A stretch of 40,774 bases of DNA, from NCBI GenBank assembly GCA_013265495.1, contig PNXW01002946.1, positions 62,001 to 102,774 on the forward strand, written 5' to 3'. The notes beneath the pieces are model-generated. The model did not search any database, was not told the DNA's origin, and saw nothing but the letters and a program-made list of their open reading frames with translations. The translations under genes and the position numbers were made by a program. This document shows, piece by piece, positions 22,460 to 34,488 of the stretch. Origin of the DNA: Vicugna vicugna. Its lineage: Eukaryota. How positions within the stretch are numbered: position 1 is the stretch's first letter; the number at the start of each line of letters is the position of its first letter.

Positions 22460-24092
22460 GACGTGTTTATGAGATTGTGATTGTGTCTTTTTAAATTTTT
22501 TTTTCATGATTTCATTGGGAATTATGAAATGGCAAATACAACCTGTTGTTTCTCTGTCTTTAACTAATGTTAACTTAGAGGAAGGTTTTCTGTAGCAAAT
22601 AATGCAGGATCATAGAAATATACAGTCTTTCTTTTTTCCTTTTAAAAAATAAATCATACTCCCTATTCTTATCTTTTTATTCCCCTTCTAAGAAAATGAA
22701 AGGACTAGAACTTGACTAAAATCAATAAAGGAGACACCAAAACTATAAAAGCACTCAGAAGCAGTAAGTAAATTGTAATGAAAATTATGTTTAGACTTAA
22801 ACTACTTTCGGATATAAGAAAGTAATACATTTCTTAACACTGGCAACTCCAACATTTCTACATATTGATGGGTTATGGTGGTAATCTACTTGGAAATATA
22901 CAGTTGGGTGGATGCCCTGAGATGTACTTGGAGAGTAGACACACCATATTTAATTTTCTGTGCATGTGGATTATAAAGGAAATGTTCAAGGAAATAAATA
23001 TAAAATAACTAAAACCATTTATACCTCCAAAGCTATCCTGTAGCTAGCTTTATATGAAATGCCAGAATAATCTGGGGAGATACTTTCTAAATATTATCAC
23101 CTCAAATAGAGTTAGAGTCAGGGATAGTTCTTCCTTCCCAGAGGGAGAGGCAAGACAAAAAGGATTAGCTTCTCTAATATTAGTGCCTTACATTAACACA
23201 ATTCAATGCAATATGTTATTTTCAAATGTTGAAAGTGTGCCACATTTAAAGACATAATATTCAGAAAGCAACAACTATTACTAAGGAGAGTGTAAATTAT
23301 TCCATAAGTATGGTGAGAAGAAGAGAAAGTGGTAAAGGATCCACATGATTGGCAAAATAAAAACATAACTGAAAGCGTGGTGTGGAATCAGGAATAATGC
23401 AACTGCAAATTAGTCATTGTAAGTGGGATGTTTGCCTAGAAAAAAAATTTTTTTTGGTCTCTACTTGCTGTCAAATACTGCTGTGCATGGCTTGACTGAG
23501 TTTAGAATCTAACAGAAAAAGAAGGATGGTTATAATGATATAAATATTTTAAAAGACTGAAAATATAGAAATAAACTTTGTAACAATATTTTTCAGAAAA
23601 TTATTAAACATTACATATAGACTATTGTGGAATGCAAACTAATTATTTAAAACATAAGAAATGTTAAGTAATTTAAAAGTATATCTCAGCATTAATTAAT
23701 TTATTTTAGATATTCATTTCCTTTTGATTTCTGGATAGAGCTATATTTCATTTGAGAATCAAATGAGATCAATTTTTATATTTTTCTGTTAAAATCAATG
23801 CATGTTCAATTTAGAAAACCTAGAAAATAAAGAAATATATATATATAGGAAAACAAAAATTAATCATCATCTTATTATTCAGAAATGATGACAGTTAAGG
23901 TTTTGTATATGTCCTTAGGACTTTTTTTAGTTTTATAAGAATCTCTACAATACCAATTGTCTTATACTGAAAAAAATATTTTTGGAATCAACAAATACTC
24001 TCTTTGAATGATTTACATGTCTGAATAAGGTTAATGTATATAGATTAAACATTCTCTTCATTTTCCTCAATTATTGACCAATTTATACTTAT

Positions 24093-24170
24093 GTAGATAG
24101 ATAAATATCCCTATAGATAAGTAGATAGATAGGTACATACATACATACATACATACATACGGATAGATAT
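24093..24170. repeat. (TAGA)n/(TACA)n tetranucleotide repeat
   Basis: Direct reading; near-perfect (TACA)n at 24134-24160. Confidence 0.9.
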
Positions 24171-25654
24171 AGTGTTTCTCTCTTATAAGATAAATATGAA
24201 AATGTGTAGAAACTTACTCATCTCCCCACATTATGACCTGACTTACCTACTTCCTGAGAATAGTATTTTTGAGGGAGAAAATAGCCATAAGGATAGTACA
24301 ATTCTACTGAACAGACTGTGAAAGACTGGAAGAATTGCCATGAAATATAAAGACCATATCATTCATGGTTAGGCATGACAGGAGAGAGAGAGAATGAAAG
24401 AAGGGATCAAGGTAAACTATGACCACAATAAGACTATGACCATGATGGAGTGCAACAAAGTCTTGTTAAGGTTAAAAGTTAAATAACCTTGAGAACTCGG
24501 GCTGCTTGGCAATGGTAAAGGAAATTGTAAGTTTTAAGTAACTTTTTTGTTACATTTTGAAATATGACACTGTTCAAAGTTTGGAGGATTGAACTGAGAA
24601 TCACAGTTTTATCAGCATTGCATATGCACATCCTTGTACGTATATTTACATTACTTGTACTATTAAGGAAATTTCTTAAATGTGGATTATTTTGACAGAA
24701 GGCTTAAGATTAAATTAAGCCACATTAAAATGAAGATAATCACATATTTAGAAATAAAAAAATCTAGTGAAATAATAGATTACTAAGATAGTTAATTAGT
24801 CATTATTTCACTGGTGTATTTGTAGACATTTCTGTTATAACTGGCTATTTATAGATATAATTATTTAAAAAAGAAAAAAAAAGACAATCAAAGTCATGAA
24901 TCATTCATCTTTTAACAAATTCAACCCAAATGGATAAAGTTACCTATCTAATGAATTGCATTGCTGATTTTCCTCAATATGAATGTTCAGTTCTTGTCTA
25001 CACTTCTAAGATTTATCTGCTGAAACATTCAAGACATCAAAGGTAACGAGGAGCAGCAGCTGTTGTGTGACTCACAATAATCAAGTCACAAAGAATAGGA
25101 AGAGAAATTTGGTTTTTATTTGAATATAGATTAAACCAAATGACCCTGGGTTTCCAGAATCAAGAGTAAACTATTTAGCTGAGGATATAAAGCCTACCAT
25201 CTCTCTGGACAATTTTGGAATTGTCAAAACTGACTGAGAGTTTATCTGAGGCTTGGAAATAAGTGAAAGTGTGATCATAGATGGGGAAAAAATCTCTATT
25301 TTTCACTTTCATTGATGGGCTTCTTCCAAAGTTGAAATTAACAGATCTGTTAATTTTTATGAAGGGCTATCCTACAGCTGTCTATAAATTTCAGCAGGAG
25401 CCAATGAAGGACCATGCAAAGAAACTAATAGAAAATCTGGTGGAATTATGTTTAGTTAGCATAGAAATCATGGGCTGTACAGTTTGTGTCTGTTGATTTG
25501 AATTAAAATTGATACAGCTACACTTGAGACAAAGCCTAGTCATAATCCAAATAAAGTTCTGCCTCTGTGACAAGTAAATATTTAGATCATTTTAGATTAA
25601 AATAATTTGTTCACTCACATCAGCAGTTTAAATTTACACTTGTAGGGTAAATAC

Positions 25655-26369
25655 TGTGGTCGTCTACCCAAATACCCTCTATTGATCTATATTATAGTTC
25701 CTCAATAAAAATTGCCCTTCTTCATGGGGCAAAACAACACCTGACTGATACAAGACTACAATGGCCTAACAGTTGTGCCTCAAATGGGACAATTCTAAAG
25801 GGTCACTCAATTCCCACAGAAGGGACTGTGACCTCCATTGCAACTCCACTGTGGGGTGTTTTCAGTTTAATCTTATCTTCCAGTGATGACAAGTTTTATG
25901 TGTCAACTTGGATAAGCTATGTTCCCCAGTTAATCAATCAAATATGAATCTAGAGGTTGCTATGAATATTTTTTGATATGTTTAGAATCCATAATTTAAA
26001 TAAGGGACAATATTAGATACTCTTGTTAGCTCTAACTCAATTAGTTTAAAAAATGTACAGAGCAGAGATGAAGCTTTCTAATGAAGAGGAAATTCTGCTT
26101 GTGGACAAAACTTCAGCCTGTACTGCAAGGTCCAGCTTGCCCTTCCTGGTGCTCTGCTCTATGGATTTAAGATTTGACTAGCCAGCCATCCTCTGCAGTT
26201 GCTCAAGTTGATTCTTAGCAAGAAATCTTTTAAAATACACCAGCTACTTGGTTTGTTTTGCTGGCTAAACCTTGAAAGACACAAGTCCTAACCTCCTCTC
26301 AAGCATATCTCTCCAGAACACTCCTGATACACCATTTGCACATAATTCCAGGGAGTACAGTCTAAGACA
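25655..26369 (+). mobile_element. LTR16-like ERVL LTR, interrupted by an MLT2-like LTR
   Basis: tgcctcaaatgggacaattct before the insert, and ctccagaacactcc...tgcacataattccagggagtacagtctaagaca after it, resemble LTR16C (recall). Confidence 0.55.
25882..26283 (+). mobile_element. MLT2D-like ERVL LTR
   Basis: Start ttttatgtgtcaacttgg; gaagaggaaattctgcttgtggac..cttcagcctg; tatggatttaagatttgactagccagcc; ends ...aaaccttgaaagacaca. Confidence 0.8.
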
Positions 26370-26784
26370 CCATGCTTTAATCACTCAATTTTCTTCCTCA
26401 CAGTAGTCCAATTCAATAATCTTTTTGCTGAACCAGCAAATTTTATCAGTAAGTTTCATTGAAAAGGTTGATTTTCAGCCTAACCTTGAGTAAAATTTTA
26501 GTTAATTAAGTTTGTTTCAGGAACATCTTGTTTACACGCAGTTTGTACCCTTTCAGTGTTTCCTGAGTACCTGTTTGATTTTTCAGAATGAATGCCCAAA
26601 TTGTTTTTTCATTGTAACTATTCATCATTTGTGACAGATACTTTCTCACCAGGTCTAGCACTTTTATGTCATCCACTTCAGTGGAATCCTCAGTGTCCTT
26701 TAAAACTATTTCTATAACCCAGGTTAGCTCTCTTTTTTAATTCTTCATAGAGGCTATTTAAATTTTTTTCAGTTATTCTCAACT

Positions 26785-27010
26785 TCCCATTCCCCTCACT
26801 CTGAGAAGAGGGCTTCCTTCTCTACTACTACTTAAACAGAAATAGAAACAATCAAATTGGGATGCCACACTTATACTAGCACAGCCCTAGAAATTATGTG
26901 ATCTTTTTTCCCTTTCTGTCATGACGAAAACACAAAGAACATTCCTCTCCTCTTGTCTAGATGATCCCTTCCTTTGGTTCCTGTTTCTTCTTGCTTGCTT
27001 CATGTCCATG
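26785..27010 (+). mobile_element. L2 internal fragment
   Basis: cccctcactctgagaagagggcttccttc..tacttaaacagaaatagaaacaatca resembles an L2 RT-region motif; highly diverged. Confidence 0.5.
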
Positions 27011-27436
27011 ATCCATCTATGATTCTGTGTTCCTAAGTATAAATTTCTAGACCTTACCATTATTCCTTTTTTCATCTCACATTCATTTGTATGATACCAC
27101 CTCAAAGTTGATGAGAGATTTGTCTACTTTTGCATGAAGCTTAATGTACCCCAGACATTAGGTTAAATGGTTTATTTTGAAGATAACTAGTGATCTTAAT
27201 GTCAAATAAACACTTTTTAGTCCTTAGATGCAATGCTTAGTACTCTCAAGCACAATTTTCACAAAATAATTTATTCTGTGGGCTTATTTTTTATAGTTAT
27301 GACTCAACATTAAACTTTTTTCTCTTCAGAGTTCTCCTTTCATTCATTCACTCAAAAACTTATTTCTAATGTTTTATTTGCAGTCCTATTCTTGCTTTAT
27401 TCTATACACTTTCCTTGGATGATTTCAGTATTGGCT

Positions 27437-27683
27437 GTTTTTGTTAGTTTTATTTTATTTTATTTTGTTTTATTTTATTTTATTTTTATTGCAGTATAGT
27501 TAGTTTACAATGTTACATTGACTTCTGGTGTATAGCATAGTGTTTCAGTTATACATATATATTATTTCTATATTATTTTTTCATTATAGGTTATTACAAG
27601 ATATTGAATATAGTTCCTGGTGCTATACAGTAGAATCTTGTTGTTTATGTTATATATAGTAGTTAGTATCTACAAATCCCAAA
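27437..27683 (-). mobile_element. Short L1 3'-end insertion with (TTTTA)n tail
   Basis: (ttttA)n followed by gcagtatagttagtttacaatg..ttattacaagatattgaatatagttcc, homologous to 4630-4820. Confidence 0.9.
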
Positions 27684-28436
27684 TCAATATTGTGCTAAGT
27701 AGCATCTGTTTATTGTTAAAAAAAATCCATCCAAGTTATCTACCATAGTTTAATGTCAACATAACCCACTGTCTACTGTATGCATTTGTAATGTACACAA
27801 CCACCTTTATCCCAGAAAATACATTTTCCACATTGTGTCTCTTATCTGAGTATATGCAAAATGTTATCCCTGTTAATTTACACTGGCTAAATAGCTGGGT
27901 TTACCTTATAACAAGTCTAATTATCTTACCTTCCACATGCAATGAGTCAAAATCATTCTAATATGAATTATTTATGGGACCCCATATGTATCTAATAGAA
28001 ATTTCTTTATTTTTAATAACTGGTCTCATCTCAACTTGTGAAAGACACTCATATTAGAAAAATGCTACTTCCACTTGCCTATTGTGATATCTGCACTTTT
28101 TCTGGGATAGTCTTGTCCATGGAGATCCTGTGTTGTTTTACTCTGAATATGTGTGGTTGATTGATATAGACATTGTTCACTTCTGCTGCTGAAATTCATG
28201 ACTTTTGATAAAGAGCATCTATTCATGGAGTTCCTCTATTTTGCTACCTCATTCTTTTGACACAAAGCCTATTCTAGGCTATTAGTTCTCTCATAACTTC
28301 TGTATCTATCTTCTCATCCCTTACACACACAACAGTAACCAGAAAATTCTTTAGAGTTCTTTGCATACTTTCCTGTAATTGAGTGTAACTCTGTGAGGTT
28401 ATCTCAGTTTCTCTCTCAGCCATCTTTAATTTGAAT

Positions 28437-28651
28437 TAGTGGTTCTCAACCAATGGTAACTTTGCATATTAGGTTATATTTGACAATGTCAGGAGATATT
28501 TTTGATGATCACATCTGGAGGGCTGTGCTCTGATATCTCGTTGGTAAAAGTCAAATATACTGTTTAATATACTGTAAGATACAGCACAGCACCCAAAAAG
28601 AAAGAATTTTGTGGTCTAAAACATCGATAGTGTTGAGGTTGATAAATTCTG
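28437..28651 (+). mobile_element. MER20 (hAT-Charlie) non-autonomous DNA transposon
   Basis: Termini agtggttctcaac ... gttgaggttgataaattctg; internal tttgacaatgtcaggagatatttttgatgatcaca; ~215 bp. Confidence 0.85.
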
Positions 28652-28662
28652 CTTTAGAGTCT

Positions 28663-29050
28663 TTGTTTGTTTGGGGGTTTTTTGTTTGTTTTTTTTTAAC
28701 AATGTAAAATATTGATGTATAATCATTTTACAATGTTGTGTCAAATTCCAGTGTAGAGCACAATTTTTCAGTTATACATGAACATATATATATATTCATT
28801 GTCACATTTTTTTCTCTGTGTGCTACCATAAGATCTTGCGTATATTTCCCTGTGCTATACAGTATAATCTTGTTTATTTATTCTACAATTTTGAAATCCC
28901 ATCTATCCCTTCCCTCCCTCTGCCCCCTTGGAAGCCACAAGTTTATATTCTATATCTATGAATCTGTTTCTGTTTTGTATTTATGCTTTTTGTTTGTTTG
29001 TTTGTTTGTTTTAGATTCCACATATGAGCAATCTCGTATGGTATTTTTCT
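28663..29050 (-). mobile_element. 5'-truncated young L1 3' end (C/E type)
   Basis: T-rich tail and ataatcattttacaatgttgtgtcaaattccagtgtagagcacaattttt; the reverse complement aligns with 34900-35250. Confidence 0.93.
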
Positions 29051-30137
29051 GTCATTCTGTCATAAAAACCTAGCATTAAATCAAATTCAGAGCTTCCCTT
29101 AGAAACTTCTAGATTTCCATGTTGTCTCACAGCAGGGAAACCATCCCCCATATTCTCAGATTTACCCAAACTTATTTACATTTTCCTATGAGCTTGTTTT
29201 ATTCTGTATCCATTCATTCAGGTGGAACTCCTATAGTTCTATCTTTCACTCTGCATTCTTTCTCAGTAAAGCCAGACCTTCAAGTCTACTGTCTAAGTGT
29301 TGATTTTAAAAATTGATTTTGATCCTTAAATTTGAGCTGCTATTTCTTTGATATAGGCATTCTCCCTCACTCCATAACCTATCTACCCCACAGCGGTGAT
29401 TGCCACTGTCCCCACTACAGTTCTCCAAATGCTCACAAGACTCTAATCACTTTGATGTTGGGGGGTTTATTTTATTTACCTTTGTAGCTGTAACCTTCTG
29501 TCAGAGTGCAGGCACTCAATAATTAGTGAATAAATGAAGAATAGATGCATGGTGAAAAATGGCATCATCTCCTGTTTCAACTCTTTCATGTTTCTCTGAT
29601 TTCTACTTTTTTCTTTGTGTCCATTATCTGATTCTTTAAAATGGAGTGAGATGTAATTTATCATTGTCTAAGAATCTGTCTCCCTGACTCTTCAAACTAC
29701 TCTAGCTCTTTAGACAAGCCCTCTTTCTTCAAAATGCTTTTATTTTAACATACTAAAGACATAAATATAGAATTTTATTTTTAACAGTACATAGAAAAAT
29801 ATTAGGAGTCAAACATGCTGTCCTCACACCTCATTTTTTTCCCTCCTTCTTTCTTATATAGTGTTTCTCAGGGTATAGTTTTCCTTCCTCTCATCTTACA
29901 TACTTATATATAAATATACATATATGGTATATATTGGATATGGTAAGTACATCTAATATATGTTATATACTTATTTACTTCATATCACTTACCCGTGTAT
30001 CATTTACCTCAAATATCTGCTTATCTTTTCCTGCACACAACCCTCTCACTCAATTTCTTCTCATTGCAGTCATTCTACTCTCATATCCGCTTCTGCTTTC
30101 CTTTTTTTTTTGTATCACAGCATCTTATCTCTGAAGG

Positions 30138-30372
30138 AGTGTGAGTCATTAAGAGAATAGGATGTATCCACACTATGTAGGTTCAAATCTCAGCTCTGAA
30201 TTAAGTATCTTATGATCAAAAGCCAGCTATGTTACCTCAGTTTTCCTAATCTACAAAATGAGGATTAAAATTGTATTTAAGAAATAGAGGCTTATAAAAA
30301 GTAAATGAATAAGTGGATTTACTAATTCTTACAATAGGACCTGACACATAGTAATTAAACATACATATTTTA
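30138..30372 (+). mobile_element. MIR SINE
   Basis: ggttcaaatctcagctctg, core cctcagttttcctaatctacaaaatgaggat, 3' end cctgacacatagtaa. Confidence 0.85.
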
Positions 30373-31412
30373 CTCTAAATATATATTGTAAGTCTGTTTA
30401 TCTATTCATCCTTCATCTCTCACAATTTTAGCTTTCTCTCTCTCTGTCTCCCTTTCTAAATATTTTGCTATTGTTTTCTACACACAACTTTTATTCCCTG
30501 TTATTCTTGCTTAATTTTTTCCAATTCTTACCCTGGTAATTTAATAGTGTACAAAGCAGTATATGAGGCAAACTTAATTGGTTTCATCACCAGACAGAGT
30601 AGAGACTACTGAATTTCAATGGATTATTTGATTTCATTTACTCTCTCTACTTATAGAACAAAGCACTGTAGTTAATTCTCTGATTTTTGCTTTTGAGATT
30701 ATTACCTCATTGGACTCTAGGTATATGTCCTCTCTTTCATGCTCTAGTGCTTTCTATTTATCATCTCTTTGATTCAAATTAATTGCCTTGGATTACCTGT
30801 ATTTTCTTCTTTTATTATACACTAAACTTACTACTCCCCATGCAGTAAATTTCTATCTGCTATTTCCTCTCTACAGCTTATTTTTCCTTATCTCTTCTCC
30901 TCTCCTCTCCCCTCTCCTCCCCACAAAATATTCACAAATCTTGTCACTGAAGCTTCCTTACTATTCCATTTTAGTCATTAGCTAAGCTAACCCAGATATA
31001 AAAACAGAAGTCACATTCTAAGGCAGGTGGTGAGCTTAGAATGCACATCTTTTAGCAATACTATAGATTGGAGAAATACAAAACTAAACTCTCAAGAGTT
31101 GATTTTCCTATATTTTCAATCTTAGCAAACATTCTAGGTCAACTCCTTTTCCTAAGGAAGGAAATACACGTTGCCCTAAAAACTTATGTTAACTTACCAT
31201 TATCTCTCTCATTATAAACATAAATCCTATCCCAGGGTTTTATCATATTCTTACCTACGTAGACTCTCTTTGGATAATATCTCTTCTCTGCTGTTTGGGC
31301 CTATCCTACTCTTTTGTTTCTGGGAATCTGTGATTCCCAAACATGCTTTTCCCACTACTTCCAAAAATTTATGTTTTACAAAGATAACTTCAGATTCCTC
31401 CTTAGGTAGGTG

Positions 31413-32047
31413 TGTTGCAGGTGATTAGGTTCTTGTTTCCTCACAGAAAGAATTCAGACATGAGACACAGAGTTTGAGGAATAATGTGGGGAATTATTAA
31501 GGGATAAATAGTACACTCACAAAGGGAGAGTGGGCTGGTTCAGGTGAGCAGCTGCTCTAAGTTTCTTTGACAAGTCGGTTACATAGAGTGTAAAAATTAG
31601 CGGGCAGAATACTCACTGGTGAGGTAAGGGTTTTGGATCATAAACACTGATTTTCATCCCAACTCCAACTTTCTGAGGGGAGGATGGATTTTGACCTTAT
31701 TTAGTGTGGATTGAAGCTGTCATGACATCAGTGCATGATGAGTACTTCTAACCTCTAAGGCTAATTTTATCGAAATGAAGGCATAATGTGCAAAAGGTTA
31801 TGTTCAGAAACTAGATTCCTGCATTTTTCCAACTTTCTTCTCAGCTTCCCAGCCACTTGTCACCCCAAAATATGTGATCATTCGTCACCCAGACGTTCCT
31901 GCTTTACTTTGCCTAGGGACCATTGTTTACATTATGTATGGTTTCCTGTATTTAGCTTGTGCCTCTCTCCTTTTTTTGCTCAATTCCTGCTATTTGGCCT
32001 GAATCCTCTGTTCTCTGCTCATATCTAGTTATCTGCCTGCTCTAACA
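31413..32047 (-). mobile_element. ERV1-type solo LTR (~635 bp)
   Basis: TGTT...AACA inverted termini; 4-bp flanks ggtg/ggta; aaagaattcagacatgagacac is a U5-like motif in antisense. Confidence 0.75.
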
Positions 32048-33649
32048 GGTAAACCACATAATCCTCAACAATTCAGATAGGTTGTATTTCAGTATTCTAT
32101 TACTGTAAATTCTTTAATTATTAAAATTTACTTTTAGTGGCTTCAAAATTTCAGAAATAACCTAGCTTTCTTATGGTAAAGGTGATAAATTAATTAGTGA
32201 ATTGATTTCCAGGATTATGGAATTTCAATGATCACTAAAAAGTATTAGAATTAAGGGTATCTGATTTTATTTTAGCAAATCAATTTCTATTTTTCAAAAT
32301 AAATGTTTTGAGGAACTGTACTTTTGGGAGAACTGGACAGCCCAAGTGACCATGCCTGAGACCAAGAGATTTGAACCCTCCACTGGTATCTGCCTTGGGC
32401 TCTCTTTCCTGTCCCACAGAAAGCAGCATAAGATAATCAATGATTGATCATGAGCCCTGTCCAAATCCTGAGTTTCAATGTTGATGTAAACAAATGTTTT
32501 CGGAATCTCTGTAGAAGCTCCTATAAGCAGATTGAAATCTACTATTTTAAAATAAATCTTGTTTCTATAAAATGATGAGACATTTATGTGATTGACATTT
32601 AAAACCTTGAAAAATAACATCAAGGTTATTTCTACTATATTATTCAGTGCCTTTATTGATAATCAAAATTATTAAATATTGTTAAATATTTTAAGTAGAA
32701 ATTTTATGTTCAAAGAGAAAGAGCAAAATATTCTCTAACTAGAAAGATTCAGCATAAAACAAATTTTATAGTTTTATTTGCTAAAATAAGTATTTTCCTT
32801 TAAAGAGTTATCATTTGTAACAGTTTTTTTCTGTGTCTGTGTCTTTAAATTTATGATTATATGTATATCGAAAAAAAATTTTGTTTAAATTGAAGGTTAA
32901 CAAACCAGATAAAAGTTTCATGATGAGTAACTATGGCAGAAGCTTAAAATTAGCTGCAAGCTATTCCCTTGCCTTCCAAGACATTGCTAGATTACATTTT
33001 CATATCAAATTTACTATGTGCTCTGTTTGGCTCCTCACTCTTTGCAATTTACTTTTAGGTAGTCATTTTTGATGTATTTATCTGTAGTTAGTAAACACCT
33101 CATGATTCTTACTTCATATCATAGATTTCTCACACATATTTGAAAGTTCAGAAAAAATGACAAGCTTTACAAGAATAAACAAATGGGACCTAATGAAACT
33201 TACAAGCTTCTGCACAGGAAAGGAAGCCATAAGTAAAACATAAAGATAACCTACAGAATGGGAGAAAACTTTTGCAAATGGAACTGACAAAGGCTTGATC
33301 TCCAGAATATATAAGCTGCTCAGAAGACTTAATAAGCAAAAATTAAACAACCCAATCCAGAAATGGGCAGAAGACCTAAATAAGCAATTCTCCAAGGAAG
33401 ATGTGCAAATGATCAATAGGCACATGAAAAAATGTTCAATATCACTAATTATCAGAGAAATGCAAATCAAAACTACAATGAGGTATCACCTCACACCAGT
33501 CAGAATGGTCATCATTCAAAAATCCACAAATGACAAATGCTGGAGAGGCTGTGGAGAAAAGAACCCTCCTTCACTGCTGGTGGGAATGCAGTTTGATGCA
33601 GCCACTGTGGAAAACAGTATGGAGACTCCTCAAAAGACTAGGAATACAA

Positions 33650-34215
33650 GAAGTTCTTTGGTAGGTGAGTGGATAAATAAACTGCGGTGCATCCTGGAAG
33701 TAGAATACTATTCAGCTTTAGAAAGAAACCAGCTATCAAGCCATTAGAAGACATGGAAGAAGTTTAAATGCATCTTACTGAGTGAAAGAACTCAATATGA
33801 GAAGACGATATACTGTCTGATTCTAACTATATGACATTCTGGAAAAGGCAAAAGACAGTAAAAAGATCAGTAGTTGCCAGCAGTTGGGGCTAGGTGGAGG
33901 AATAAATAAGCAGAGCACAGAGAATTTTTAGAGCAGTGGAAATACTCTGTAAGATCTCAAAGAAGGACACGTGATTGCACCATTCTCCGAACCCATAAAC
34001 TGTGTAACACAAGGTGAAAACTGTAATGCAAATTATGGACTTTGTGTAATTAAGATGTGACTTTGTAGGTTTGTCATTTATAACAAATGAATCATTCTGG
34101 TGGAGGATGTTGATAAAGTTGGGGGCTGTGAACAAGTTGGGAAAAGGAAATCTCTGTACCTTCCTCTCAACCTTTCTGTGCACCTAAAACTGCTCTTAAA
34201 ATAATAAAGTGTATA
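33650..34215 (+). mobile_element. L1MC-type ancient L1 3' end within the retroposed cassette
   Basis: gtaggtgagtggataaataaactg, atgacattctggaaaaggcaaa, cacctaaaactgctcttaaaataataaagt. Confidence 0.85.
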
Positions 34216-34231
34216 TAAATAAGTATTTATA

Positions 34232-34488
34232 CAGTGGACCCTTGACCAATGAAGAAGTTAGGGTGTCAAACCTTCTGCTGGTGAAAATTCCATGTAATTT
34301 ACATTCAGTCCTCTTTATGCCAGATTCCTCTGATCCACAGTTTCCCATCCACAGATTCAAACAGCCATAGATTGTGTAGTAGCATAGTACTTACTCTCAA
34401 AAAAAAAGAAAAAAAATAAAGAAAATTAAAAAAACATTGAATAAGTGACCTGCGAAGTTCAAACTTGTGTTGTTCAAGGGTCAAAATG
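34232..34488. mobile_element. Tigger1a-like MITE (Tc1/mariner) within the retroposed cassette
   Basis: Terminal inverted repeats ta-cagtggacccttgaccaa ... ttgttcaagggtcaaaatg-ta with TA flanks. Confidence 0.82.

Noticed and set aside
4438..22463. 4-bp TSD of the MER34-like LTR (gata / gacg)
   Set aside because: Only 2 of 4 bases match; compatible with CpG decay but not evidence by itself.
24270..24600. Possible further L2 remnants (also ~27180-27420 and ~30600-30760)
   Set aside because: Similarity too weak to support by eye.
22460..33170. Host gene exons or RNA genes in the less repetitive middle region (also 1-2630)
   Set aside because: No recognisable protein homology, tRNA or rRNA; small exons cannot be excluded without alignment.
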